Shown here: positions 37,018-44,467 of the stretch, piece by piece | How the letters are laid out: each line of letters starts with the position of its first letter | How positions within the stretch are numbered: position 1 is the stretch's first letter | Assembly: GCA_016234855.1 (NCBI GenBank) | Contig: JACRNO010000060.1 | Location: forward strand, 9,595-73,594 | Length of the DNA stretch: 64,000 nucleotides | Origin: Deltaproteobacteria bacterium | GTDB lineage: Bacteria > Desulfobacterota > GWC2-55-46 | Direction: 5' to 3' | Notes under the pieces: generated by a model | The model's input: only the letters and a program-made list of their open reading frames with translations | What the model was told of the DNA's origin: nothing | Databases searched by the model: none | Position numbers and translations under genes: made by a program

Positions 37018-37860
37018 CTACTTGAGGACAAAGACGACCTTTGCGCCCTCAAGATAGTGGCTGTTCTGGTTCGACGTGAATATCGCGCTCGCGTCGTCCG
37101 GGCCGACCTCGACGTCGGTCGACTTGACGACCCCGCTTATCTTGACGACCGCCGGGTTTACCGCGCCGCGCTCGCCAAGCAGCGCCTTGGCCTTGCCCAC
37201 GTCATTCGTGTACTCGGCAGCGCCGCGCTCAACGAGGATATTCTGGGCGACCTTGGCCGGGTCGTATACGACCTCGCCGCTCTTTGTCATTACCCTGTTT
37301 ATAAGGGCCGGCTTGAACGGCTGCTCGCGCACGTCGAGTATCAGGCCGTCGTAATTGACCACAGCCGCAGGCGCGACAGGCGGCGCCATGTAAGGCGGGG
37401 CAGCCGAGGGCGCCATAAGCATCTGCGGCAATAGCGAGCCGACAAGGCCGTTGGAACCGGTCATGGGCATGGAGAGGTATACGATGGCAATCTCGCTTAC
37501 CGGGTCATAGACCTCTTTGACGACCTGCGCGCCCTTTACAAGGCCCTGTACCGTGGCCCTGATGGTGTCGGATGCCGCCGCAGCCGAGACGACGGTCGTC
37601 TCGCCGCTGATGGCTATGCCGTCAACCACCTCGGACAGCTCCCTTGCGGCCATTATCTTTGCGGCGCGCAGCGCCATAATCCTCTTCTGCGCGGGCGACA
37701 TCGGCCTGTCTGAGGGGGCCGCGCCCTCGCCCTTTACAACGAGCGCGCCGCTGACGAGCGCCTTGCCCGTGTCCCTGACCTCCTGCGGCATATCGGTTTG
37801 CGCCATAGCCGAGACGGCAAAAAGAAGAACGAATAACGGTATTAAAAGGAACTTTTTCAT
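37018..37860 (-). CDS. Secreted LPP20/FlgP-like domain protein
   Basis: Signal peptide MKKFLLIPLFVLLFAVSAMA. The region GKALVSG...AQKRIMALRAAKIMAARELSEVVDGIAISGETTV...ATVQGLVKGAQVV fits the LPP20-like pattern. Ala/Pro-rich linker and a C-terminal beta domain. Confidence 0.5.
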   Translation of the reverse strand: MKKFLLIPLFVLLFAVSAMAQTDMPQEVRDTGKALVSGALVVKGEGAAPSDRPMSPAQKRIMALRAAKIMAARELSEVVDGIAISGETTVVSAAAASDTIRATVQGLVKGAQVVKEVYDPVSEIAIVYLSMPMTGSNGLVGSLLPQMLMAPSAAPPYMAPPVAPAAVVNYDGLILDVREQPFKPALINRVMTKSGEVVYDPAKVAQNILVERGAAEYTNDVGKAKALLGERGAVNPAVVKISGVVKSTDVEVGPDDASAIFTSNQNSHYLEGAKVVFVLK

Positions 37861-38020
37861 CCATCGCCTCCTTGACAGTTAATTGCCCGCCCTATAAAAA
37901 AGCATGGGCGGCGGGATTCATGCTCCCCCTCATTTCAAAAAGAGAGGGCAAAACGCATCCCCTCTTTCAAGAGGGGAGGTTGATACTCCCCCCATTGAAA
38001 AAGGGGGGCCGGGGGGGATT

Positions 38021-39247
38021 TTAATTAATGTTTATCCTGTGCCTTAAAACCCTTATCGCGAGTATGGCCTCCGCGCCGTCAACGACCGCATCGGGGCGGA
38101 AGTCGCCGGAAAGCTCGGTCTCCATGATGCTGCGCGTCGTCACGCTCATGACGGCGTTATACCATGCGGCGGAAGGCGCGACGTCCGGGAACGGAGACTT
38201 GTCCTGCCCGAAATAGGCGCTGGCAAGCTTCTCGTCGCCCGTGAGCTTTATAAGGACGTCTTCGAGCACCATGGCGAACTGCTTGCGCGTGACCGGCTCA
38301 TCCGGCCTGAACAGATACGCCCGCGTGGTCTCGTCATATACAGGCTCAAGCCCGCGCACGCCCCACTTCATCAGGGTCAGTATCTCGCCCTTGAACGGGC
38401 TTGCCATCACGTCGGCAGGCGTAAAATCGGCCTTCATCTTTGCCAGGTTCGATTCGGACGGGATGCGCCCGGCGAAGAGCTTGTCGACCTTGAGCTCGTC
38501 GACCAGGAGTGCCGCCATGTCGGCGCGCGTCACTGACTCCTGCGTCGCTATGGTCTTACCCACGTCGCCGACGGTGATGCCGGCCATTGCCCTTACTATC
38601 TTGTCGGTCTTGTTCCAGTACTTCTCGGCAAGCGGCGCCCACCTGCTCGAGACCTTCTCGTTTATGACGTCAGCGAACCTGTCCCTTGCGGACTGGAAGA
38701 CCTTGCCCTCAAGATAGGCTCTGCCCATGTAATACATCGCCGCTTCCCTGCCGTCGTAGTAGAGGAGCTTTCTATCGTCCACCTTGAGCTTCATCGCCGC
38801 CTTGTAGTGGTCTTCGGCGTCGTTGAGCCACTTGCCGGGCTTAAGAAGCATGTCGCTGCGTATGGCCGCGACGTGATACGCAAACGCGTCCTCGTCGGTA
38901 TTTGCATTCTTCTCCGACGTCTTGAGCGACTCGGCAGCCTTGTCAGCGTCGACCTTCATATAAGCCGCGTCCTTCTGCGCCTTATACTTGGCAACGGCCT
39001 TCTCCGAGTTCACGATACCGAGGCCCGAATAGGCCGGGCCGAAGCCCTGTTCGCAGGTAATCGCCCTCTGGAACTTGCCTTCAGCCTCGTCTACATTGCC
39101 CTGCTCGACCAGCTCCATGCCCTTGAGATAATGATGCTGCGGGTTATCCTCCGGGGTAATACATTCGGACACGTGCTTGGCGCAGCCGGCCGATATCAGA
39201 AAAAGCAGCGCCAGGCCTATCAACGGGAACCTACCAATCTTAGTCAC
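38021..39247 (-). CDS. Lipoprotein with TPR-like N-terminal region and two SLH-like C-terminal repeats
   Basis: GTG start at 39247 after a GGAGG SD gives MTKIGRFPLIGLALLFLISAGC (lipobox). C-terminal FPDVAPSAAWYNAVMSV...VTRKQFAMVL and ESVTRADMAALLVDEL resemble S-layer-homology repeats. The SLH assignment is tentative. Confidence 0.5.
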   Translation of the reverse strand: MTKIGRFPLIGLALLFLISAGCAKHVSECITPEDNPQHHYLKGMELVEQGNVDEAEGKFQRAITCEQGFGPAYSGLGIVNSEKAVAKYKAQKDAAYMKVDADKAAESLKTSEKNANTDEDAFAYHVAAIRSDMLLKPGKWLNDAEDHYKAAMKLKVDDRKLLYYDGREAAMYYMGRAYLEGKVFQSARDRFADVINEKVSSRWAPLAEKYWNKTDKIVRAMAGITVGDVGKTIATQESVTRADMAALLVDELKVDKLFAGRIPSESNLAKMKADFTPADVMASPFKGEILTLMKWGVRGLEPVYDETTRAYLFRPDEPVTRKQFAMVLEDVLIKLTGDEKLASAYFGQDKSPFPDVAPSAAWYNAVMSVTTRSIMETELSGDFRPDAVVDGAEAILAIRVLRHRININ

Positions 39248-39282
39248 GTTTGCAACCTCCTTTATTTGATTACAACCTGAGA

Positions 39283-39370
39283 CTTGTATGTGGGATGTAG
39301 TATGTGGGATGTGGCAAAGTCTTCTATGCTTTCCGCCTTCCACTTCCCACATCCTACATCCCACCTCCCT
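39283..39370. repeat. Stutter hairpin S3 (TGTGGGATGT-unit arms)
   Basis: TGTGGGATGTAGTATGTGGGATGTGG...CCACTTCCCACATCCTACATCCCACC, about 26-bp imperfect arms. Intercistronic between the CsgG-like gene and the SLH-like lipoprotein gene. Confidence 0.6.
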
Positions 39371-39384
39371 TTTTTGCCTGAAAA

Positions 39385-40350
39385 CTACCGCGACTGCCGT
39401 ATCACGTCCCCTGCCTGAAAACCGCTCCCCGCGCGCACGGACGCCTCGGATATCTTCTCGTTCTGATGCGCCGTAAGCGTTATCTCGCCTATCTTCTTCT
39501 CGCGCTTGCCTATGACCCTTCCGGTATCCGGGTCAACGAGGTCCTGACCGGGACGGAGCACGTCGAATACCGAACCTTCCGGCAGACGGGACCTCATGCC
39601 GGCCTTGATTATTATGACGGAGCCGTCAACGGCAAGCACCCTGCCCTGGAACGGCTGCTGGTTGAGTTTTTCCACCATCCTCGTCATGGCCTTGGTAAGC
39701 GCATCGCGCAGCGCGCCCTCGCGAAGTCCCACGTCGGCCGTGGACTTTGAACCGAGACCCAGCACGCCCCCTGTCTTTTTCCTGTATTCGCCCATACCGG
39801 ATTCGGCGACGAGGCTCCTGCCGGTGGCCACGTCAACAAGGGCGTAGTCCACCTGTACGCGCGCAATCTGGGTCTTGCTCTGAGCGACCAGCACGTTGGA
39901 GCCTTCCTCAAGCTCGGAGTATGATGTGATGGAGCCTGATATCCTGTAATCCACCGACTCCATGCCCTCGGCCGCGTTCTTCAGCCCGGTCTTTACTGCC
40001 CCGGTCTGCTGCAGGGCTATCATCTTCTCCTGTGCGCGCATATCGTCGTCCGTAAGGCTTATCGGCTCGAGGCCGGACTTCTTCACGATGGTGCGCAGGA
40101 TATCGGTCGCGGCCTCGCCTATGCCAAGCACCCTGCCGGGCGTCTTGTTGGCGAACGTAAGTATCGCCACGTTATACTGCGGCCCGTTGTACTGCGCGCC
40201 CGCCTCTTCAAGTTTTCCGGTCTGACCGGTGACGCTGACGTCCTCCTTTACCGCTCCGGTTATGGTGGGCGAGCATGAGGCCGTTGAGATGAGCATTGCC
40301 GAGAGCACGGCCAGGAGGCCAAGATTCATCGATAACTTTCTTTTAGCCAT
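39385..40350 (-). CDS. CsgG-family outer-membrane lipoprotein (curli-secretion-channel-like)
   Basis: Lipobox LISTASCS. Motifs YNVAILTFANKT, ATDILRTIVKKSGLEPIS, VDYRISGSITSY and QVDYALVDVATGRSL parallel E. coli CsgG (KIFVSVYNIQDETG, LVTALKDS, ANIMVEGSIIGYE, NLRVVNVSTGEIL). Confidence 0.7.
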   Translation of the reverse strand: MAKRKLSMNLGLLAVLSAMLISTASCSPTITGAVKEDVSVTGQTGKLEEAGAQYNGPQYNVAILTFANKTPGRVLGIGEAATDILRTIVKKSGLEPISLTDDDMRAQEKMIALQQTGAVKTGLKNAAEGMESVDYRISGSITSYSELEEGSNVLVAQSKTQIARVQVDYALVDVATGRSLVAESGMGEYRKKTGGVLGLGSKSTADVGLREGALRDALTKAMTRMVEKLNQQPFQGRVLAVDGSVIIIKAGMRSRLPEGSVFDVLRPGQDLVDPDTGRVIGKREKKIGEITLTAHQNEKISEASVRAGSGFQAGDVIRQSR

Positions 40351-40509
40351 ATTTTCACCCCTTTAAATAATAACCCGGTTTTAACGGCCCGGACGGTCAG
40401 TGCCACCGTTTTAACGTAGCGCAGGCCTTCAGGCCTGCATCTGTAAAGTGAGAACAGCCCACCAAAACTACCAGTGAACCGAAATGATGGACAGCGCTAC
40501 CCTGCTTGA

Positions 40510-41289
40510 CTAACCGCCTGTCATCTCCCCTCTCGGGAAATCAGACATTATCCTGTCGAGCATCTCTGACGATTCAAAATACAAATGGACGCCGAAGGCC
40601 TGGGTTACAAGCTGCTCGCCGAGCGAGAAGAGGGCGGCGTTGCCAACGGACTTTTCATGATGGCTGTACGAGGTCTTCCAATCAGACAGGCCCGGCACGC
40701 CTGCAAGCCCAGGTATCGCACTGGATATCTCGTCGTCGCTCCTGTCCGTCACCTGGGAGAGCGCGGCTATGCCCGCGCCTATCTCGCCCGCGCTGTGTAT
40801 CTCGCTCTTGACCCCTGCGGCGCGCGACCAGACGACCGCGCCGGTCTTCACATCGACGAGCTTGAAACCGGCCCTGACCTTGTTGACGTTATAGACGCCC
40901 GTCGTTATCGTGTTAAAGTCCAGCAGATACCCGTACAGGAGATAATCAACCCCGAGTTCCGCGCCTATGGCCTGAGGGGTGGTCAGGTCGAGCTGAGCCC
41001 CGAGCGTTATGCCCATGCGGTCGGCCAGTATCCGGTCGACGTCCGCAAGCGGCAGGTTCCTGTAGCGGGCCTTGCGCATCCTTTCAATTGCCTGCTCGCG
41101 CACCATCTGCGGGCCGTCCACGTCGTTTGTCGCGTTATAGACGGGCAAGACGGCTACGGTGCGAACGAAACGTGCCTCATCCGGGTTGCCCTTGAACGCG
41201 GCACAGGCGCTCAAAACGGACGCCATGACACAGATTAGCAGGATATAAAAGGCGCCTGGCCGCCGCCTTGAGACGCCTCTATCCGCCAT
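40510..41289 (-). CDS. DUF799/GNA1162-like lipoprotein (CsgG-partner family)
   Basis: Lipobox SVLSAC. VAVLPVYNATND...GVDYLLYGYLLDF...GFKLVDVKTGAVVW fits the lipoprotein family that is found next to CsgG-like genes in many Proteobacteria. Assignment is from memory of the family pattern. Confidence 0.5.
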   Translation of the reverse strand: MADRGVSRRRPGAFYILLICVMASVLSACAAFKGNPDEARFVRTVAVLPVYNATNDVDGPQMVREQAIERMRKARYRNLPLADVDRILADRMGITLGAQLDLTTPQAIGAELGVDYLLYGYLLDFNTITTGVYNVNKVRAGFKLVDVKTGAVVWSRAAGVKSEIHSAGEIGAGIAALSQVTDRSDDEISSAIPGLAGVPGLSDWKTSYSHHEKSVGNAALFSLGEQLVTQAFGVHLYFESSEMLDRIMSDFPRGEMTGG

Positions 41290-41310
41290 CTACTCCCCTT
41301 GACAAAACAC

Positions 41311-41459
41311 TTAAGGAACCTCTGATTAATTCATTTCTTTTCTGTCATTCTGAGGAGCGAAGCGACGAAGAATCTCGTAACTTGTTGAATTTCTTAGAAG
41401 CGAGATTCTTCGCTTCGCTCAGAATGACACCATTGTGGAATTAATCAGAGGTTCCTTAA
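41311..41459. mobile_element. MITE-like element copy 6 (compact 149-bp archetype)
   Basis: Perfect TIRs TTAAGGAACCTCTGATTAATTC (41311-41332) and GAATTAATCAGAGGTTCCTTAA (41438-41459). Internal palindrome GTCATTCTGAGGAGCGAAGCGACGAAGAATCTCGTAACTTG...CGAGATTCTTCGCTTCGCTCAGAATGACA. Confidence 0.7.
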
Positions 41460-41532
41460 TAATATTAAAGCGTTACATCATGCGTCTTCTGATTGTTTCG
41501 CAGCAAGGCTCGGCGCGCCGCTGCCCCAGGCC

Positions 41533-42741
41533 TTACTGCCCCTGCATCACCGCGTCTATGGTATTCGCGGACGTGGACAATATCCTGATCCTCCCGTTCG
41601 GAAGCCTTGCAAGGTCGTCGGCAATCTGCTGGGCCGGGACCTTCACGTCAAGGTCGAATACGGCTGTGCCGTCTTCAAAACGCCGCTGGTATATATTGAC
41701 CACGCCTCTGATGTTTTTCTTGAGAATATTCTTGAAATCAGCCGTCTTCGTGTAATCGGCAAGGCCGGCAATCCTTATCGTGACCGTGTTGCCGCGTGTC
41801 CATTTGGCGATAATCTGCTCTATCAGCTTGTCCGCCGCCTCGGACGCGGCCCTTGCGGATGCGTCCACACCGCCGGAAGTCTTCGATATGTGCCTTGACG
41901 CCCCGTGCCCCTTTGCGCTGGCAAGCACCGTGCCATCATCCACGCGTATCACGTCAACGGAGATATCGGCAAGGTACGAGCCGATAGTTGAACCTGCAAG
42001 CCTCATCCCCTCGGTCACTACGGATTTTCCCTTGACCACGAGTTCGGCGTTCAGGCCGCGGCCAATCCTGCGCGCCCTGTCCCTGGAAAGCCCGGATGAC
42101 GAACCTCCAGGCACATCGGGCGAGGCTGAGATATCCACGACCTGAAACCCCTTGTTCAAAAAGACCTCTTTCATGGACGACTCAGCAGCCGGCATCTCGG
42201 AATCGTCGCCTTCGACAACGCGCAGGGTATCGTTATCAAGGCCAAGCCCCTTTTCAGTTATAAGAAAGAGTATGCGCGGCTTTTCGACCTTGACCATCAG
42301 GAGGCCCAACGCGTCGAGGTCGTTTCTTATCTCCCCCATAGCCACGGTCGCATGGACCGTAACCTGATAGGTATCCTGCACCTGTCCTTCCCTGAGGACG
42401 TTATAATCGCGCACGTAACCCTGCGTCTTCGTATATACGTTGTCGTTAAGCACCTGATAGTCCTGCACCATAGTCTCGGACGATACAAGCAGGCCCACGG
42501 CCTGCTCAACGGCCTTACGCAAGGCGTCGTTTACAGCCGCATCCCTCGCAACCAGGGTATTGCCGCCGGAGATGACGGCATAGCCCGTGGCATCGACCGT
42601 CTTAAGTTCGGGCGCATCCACGGCAAAAGCCGCCCCGCCAACCGCCATAAAAAAGAGAACGATGAGCGCGGCCGCAAGGACGCGAGCATGTGTTAACATC
42701 GCGGCGAAGTAACTGGTCTGAGCCATAGTCATATTATACAC
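41533..42741 (-). CDS. Secreted protein with two or three LPP20/FlgP-like repeats
   Basis: Signal peptide. Repeated modules of the form G(Y/S)AVISGG...ARDAAVNDALRKAVEQAVG...V...D, with a second at ELVVKGKSVVTEGMRLAGSTIGSYLADISVDVIRVDDG. 402 aa, no enzymatic motifs. Confidence 0.45.
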   Translation of the reverse strand: MYNMTMAQTSYFAAMLTHARVLAAALIVLFFMAVGGAAFAVDAPELKTVDATGYAVISGGNTLVARDAAVNDALRKAVEQAVGLLVSSETMVQDYQVLNDNVYTKTQGYVRDYNVLREGQVQDTYQVTVHATVAMGEIRNDLDALGLLMVKVEKPRILFLITEKGLGLDNDTLRVVEGDDSEMPAAESSMKEVFLNKGFQVVDISASPDVPGGSSSGLSRDRARRIGRGLNAELVVKGKSVVTEGMRLAGSTIGSYLADISVDVIRVDDGTVLASAKGHGASRHISKTSGGVDASARAASEAADKLIEQIIAKWTRGNTVTIRIAGLADYTKTADFKNILKKNIRGVVNIYQRRFEDGTAVFDLDVKVPAQQIADDLARLPNGRIRILSTSANTIDAVMQGQ

Positions 42742-42904
42742 CGTGTTGGATTGGTTTGCGCGGCCGGGACGTCAATTATTCACAAAAAAAAGCCGCAAGG
42801 GAAATCGTCTCTCATACGGATGGACAGCCTGTATTGCATATACCACAAACCACAGGCCAAGTCTATCTGAGAATGGGGGCGCAGGCAAGACCCGGCAGGG
42901 CCTC

Positions 42905-44071
42905 TCAGGGCCTGAAACCGTCCTTGATACGCCTTAACGTCTCAGGATTAAAGAGGATATCCAGCACCGTAAGCCCCAGGCCATTTACGCCTTCCATAAG
43001 CGCCCTGTGACCGTCAGGGGCGACGGTGGCGTCCGCAAACTCGCGGGTGTGGATATTTATACCTTCCCTGATGGGGATATGCGGGTGGATGGTGGGAACG
43101 ACCTGCGAGACGTTGCCGATATCCGACGAGCCGACGTGCGCCTCGGGCGGCTGAGGGTCTTCTTTAAGGCCAAGTTCGGCAAGCGCCCCCCTGTATACTT
43201 CGACAAAAGCCATGTTTATCTTCATGGGCGCGTTCATCTCGCCCTCTTCCTCGCACACGAGCCTGCACCCTGTGGCAAGGGCCGCGCCTTCGGCGCATTT
43301 TACGGCCTTGTCTCTGATTGTATAGAGCGCGGGCAGACTCCCTGCACGAACAAAGAACGCGGCAGAGGCCCTCTCAGGGATGATATTCGGCGCGCGCCCG
43401 CCGTCGGTTACTATGCCGTGGACGCGGATATCGCTTGCAAACTGCTGACGGAGCGCGTTGATGGAGTTAAATGTCTGGATTACCGCGTCAAGGGCGTTGA
43501 TTCCCTCTTCAGGATAGGCCGAGGCGTGGCTTGTGCGGCCAAGAAAGGTGAAGTTGAGCCTTATGAGGCCGAGGAAGTGCTTTACGATTGTGCGGCGCGA
43601 CGAGCCGTGCACCATCATGGCCGCGTCTATGCCCATAAAAAGCCCGGCCTTGAGCATCTCTACCTTGCCCTTGCCGAGTTCCTCGGCAGGGGTGCCCAAG
43701 ACGACGACCCTGCCGTGGTCAAACGGCTTTGGCAGTACGGAGGCAAGCGCGCAGGCCGCGCCGACCGAGGCCATGCCGGCTATGTTATGACCGCAGCCGT
43801 GGCCTATGCCGGGTAAAGCATCCATCTCGGCAAGCAGGGCAATGGACGGCGCGCCAGTGCCAAGGACGGCCCTGAACGCCGTCTCCATGCCCGCGACGCC
43901 GGACTCGACCGAGTAACCGGCCTTGGCCAGCATCCGCTGCATGGCCGCCGAGGTCTTATGCTCAAGAAGACCCGTCTCAGGGTTGGCGTGGAACTCGTCG
44001 CTTTGCGCCGTAATGGCCTGCCGAAGCGCGTCAGCGGCCTTTAAAAACCCGGTCTTGAGGTCGTCTCTCAT
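42905..44071 (-). CDS. M20-family amidohydrolase/peptidase
   Basis: GHGCGHNIAGMASVGAA and a downstream metal-ligand pattern fit M20D amidohydrolases (AbgB/hippurate hydrolase type). Start taken at the ATG at 44071 (MRDDLKTGFLK), because the track ORF N-terminus overlaps GTCAGGAG hairpins. Confidence 0.7.
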   Translation of the reverse strand: MRDDLKTGFLKAADALRQAITAQSDEFHANPETGLLEHKTSAAMQRMLAKAGYSVESGVAGMETAFRAVLGTGAPSIALLAEMDALPGIGHGCGHNIAGMASVGAACALASVLPKPFDHGRVVVLGTPAEELGKGKVEMLKAGLFMGIDAAMMVHGSSRRTIVKHFLGLIRLNFTFLGRTSHASAYPEEGINALDAVIQTFNSINALRQQFASDIRVHGIVTDGGRAPNIIPERASAAFFVRAGSLPALYTIRDKAVKCAEGAALATGCRLVCEEEGEMNAPMKINMAFVEVYRGALAELGLKEDPQPPEAHVGSSDIGNVSQVVPTIHPHIPIREGINIHTREFADATVAPDGHRALMEGVNGLGLTVLDILFNPETLRRIKDGFRP

Positions 44072-44123
44072 AAGGTGGGTGTCATAGATACCATTTAAGA
44101 AATGCCGTAATTGCAGCGTATCC

Positions 44124-44185
44124 GTGGCGTCAGGAGTTTTCTCCTGACGCCTTGCCGTGCGCCGTCGGGAGGAAACTCCCGACGG
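44124..44185. repeat. GTCAGGAG-family hairpins (H3, two adjacent)
   Basis: GTGGCGTCAGGAGTTTTCTCCTGACGCC and CCGTCGGGAGGAAACTCCCGACGG, at the 5' end of the amidohydrolase gene. Confidence 0.6.
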
Positions 44186-44194
44186 AACAAAAAT

Positions 44195-44440
44195 ACCGCA
44201 TATGCACAAATGTAGCGCAGACCTTTAGGTCTGCCGTTTCGGCAAAACTACATCAGGGCTAAAGCCCTAAGCTACAAACCCATCATTGCTGCACTTGTAG
44301 GAATCCAGCGCCCCCTCATCCCGGCCTTCTCCCCAAGGGGAGAAGGAGCAGAACCTCCTCTCCCCTTTGGGGAGGCGCCAAAGGCGCTAAAGACATAACG
44401 TTAGCGCACACGACACAACGTTAGCGCACGAGAGGATTGA
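44195..44440. repeat. Mosaic of shared intergenic modules
   Basis: Contains GTAGCGCAGACCTTTAGGTCTGCC, CAGGGCTAAAGCCCTAAGCTAC, CTCCCCAAGGGGAGAAGGAG/CTCCCCTTTGGGGAGG hairpins and two copies of the ACAACGTTAGCGCAC module. Lies upstream of pycB. Confidence 0.5.
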
Positions 44441-44467
44441 GGTGAGGGGCGGGCGCTACGTTGACTG

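Noticed and set aside
40380-40500. tRNA-like or ncRNA gene in GC-rich hairpin region between the CsgG-like and DUF799-like genes
   Set aside because: No cloverleaf with a T-loop GTTCRANYC consensus or CCA end. The hairpins (CAGGCCTTCAGGCCTG) are modules of the mosaic repeat family.
44072-44209. N-terminal 46 codons of the amidohydrolase ORF
   Set aside because: Overlaps two GTCAGGAG-family hairpins. The internal ATG at 44071 gives a typical M20 N-terminus.
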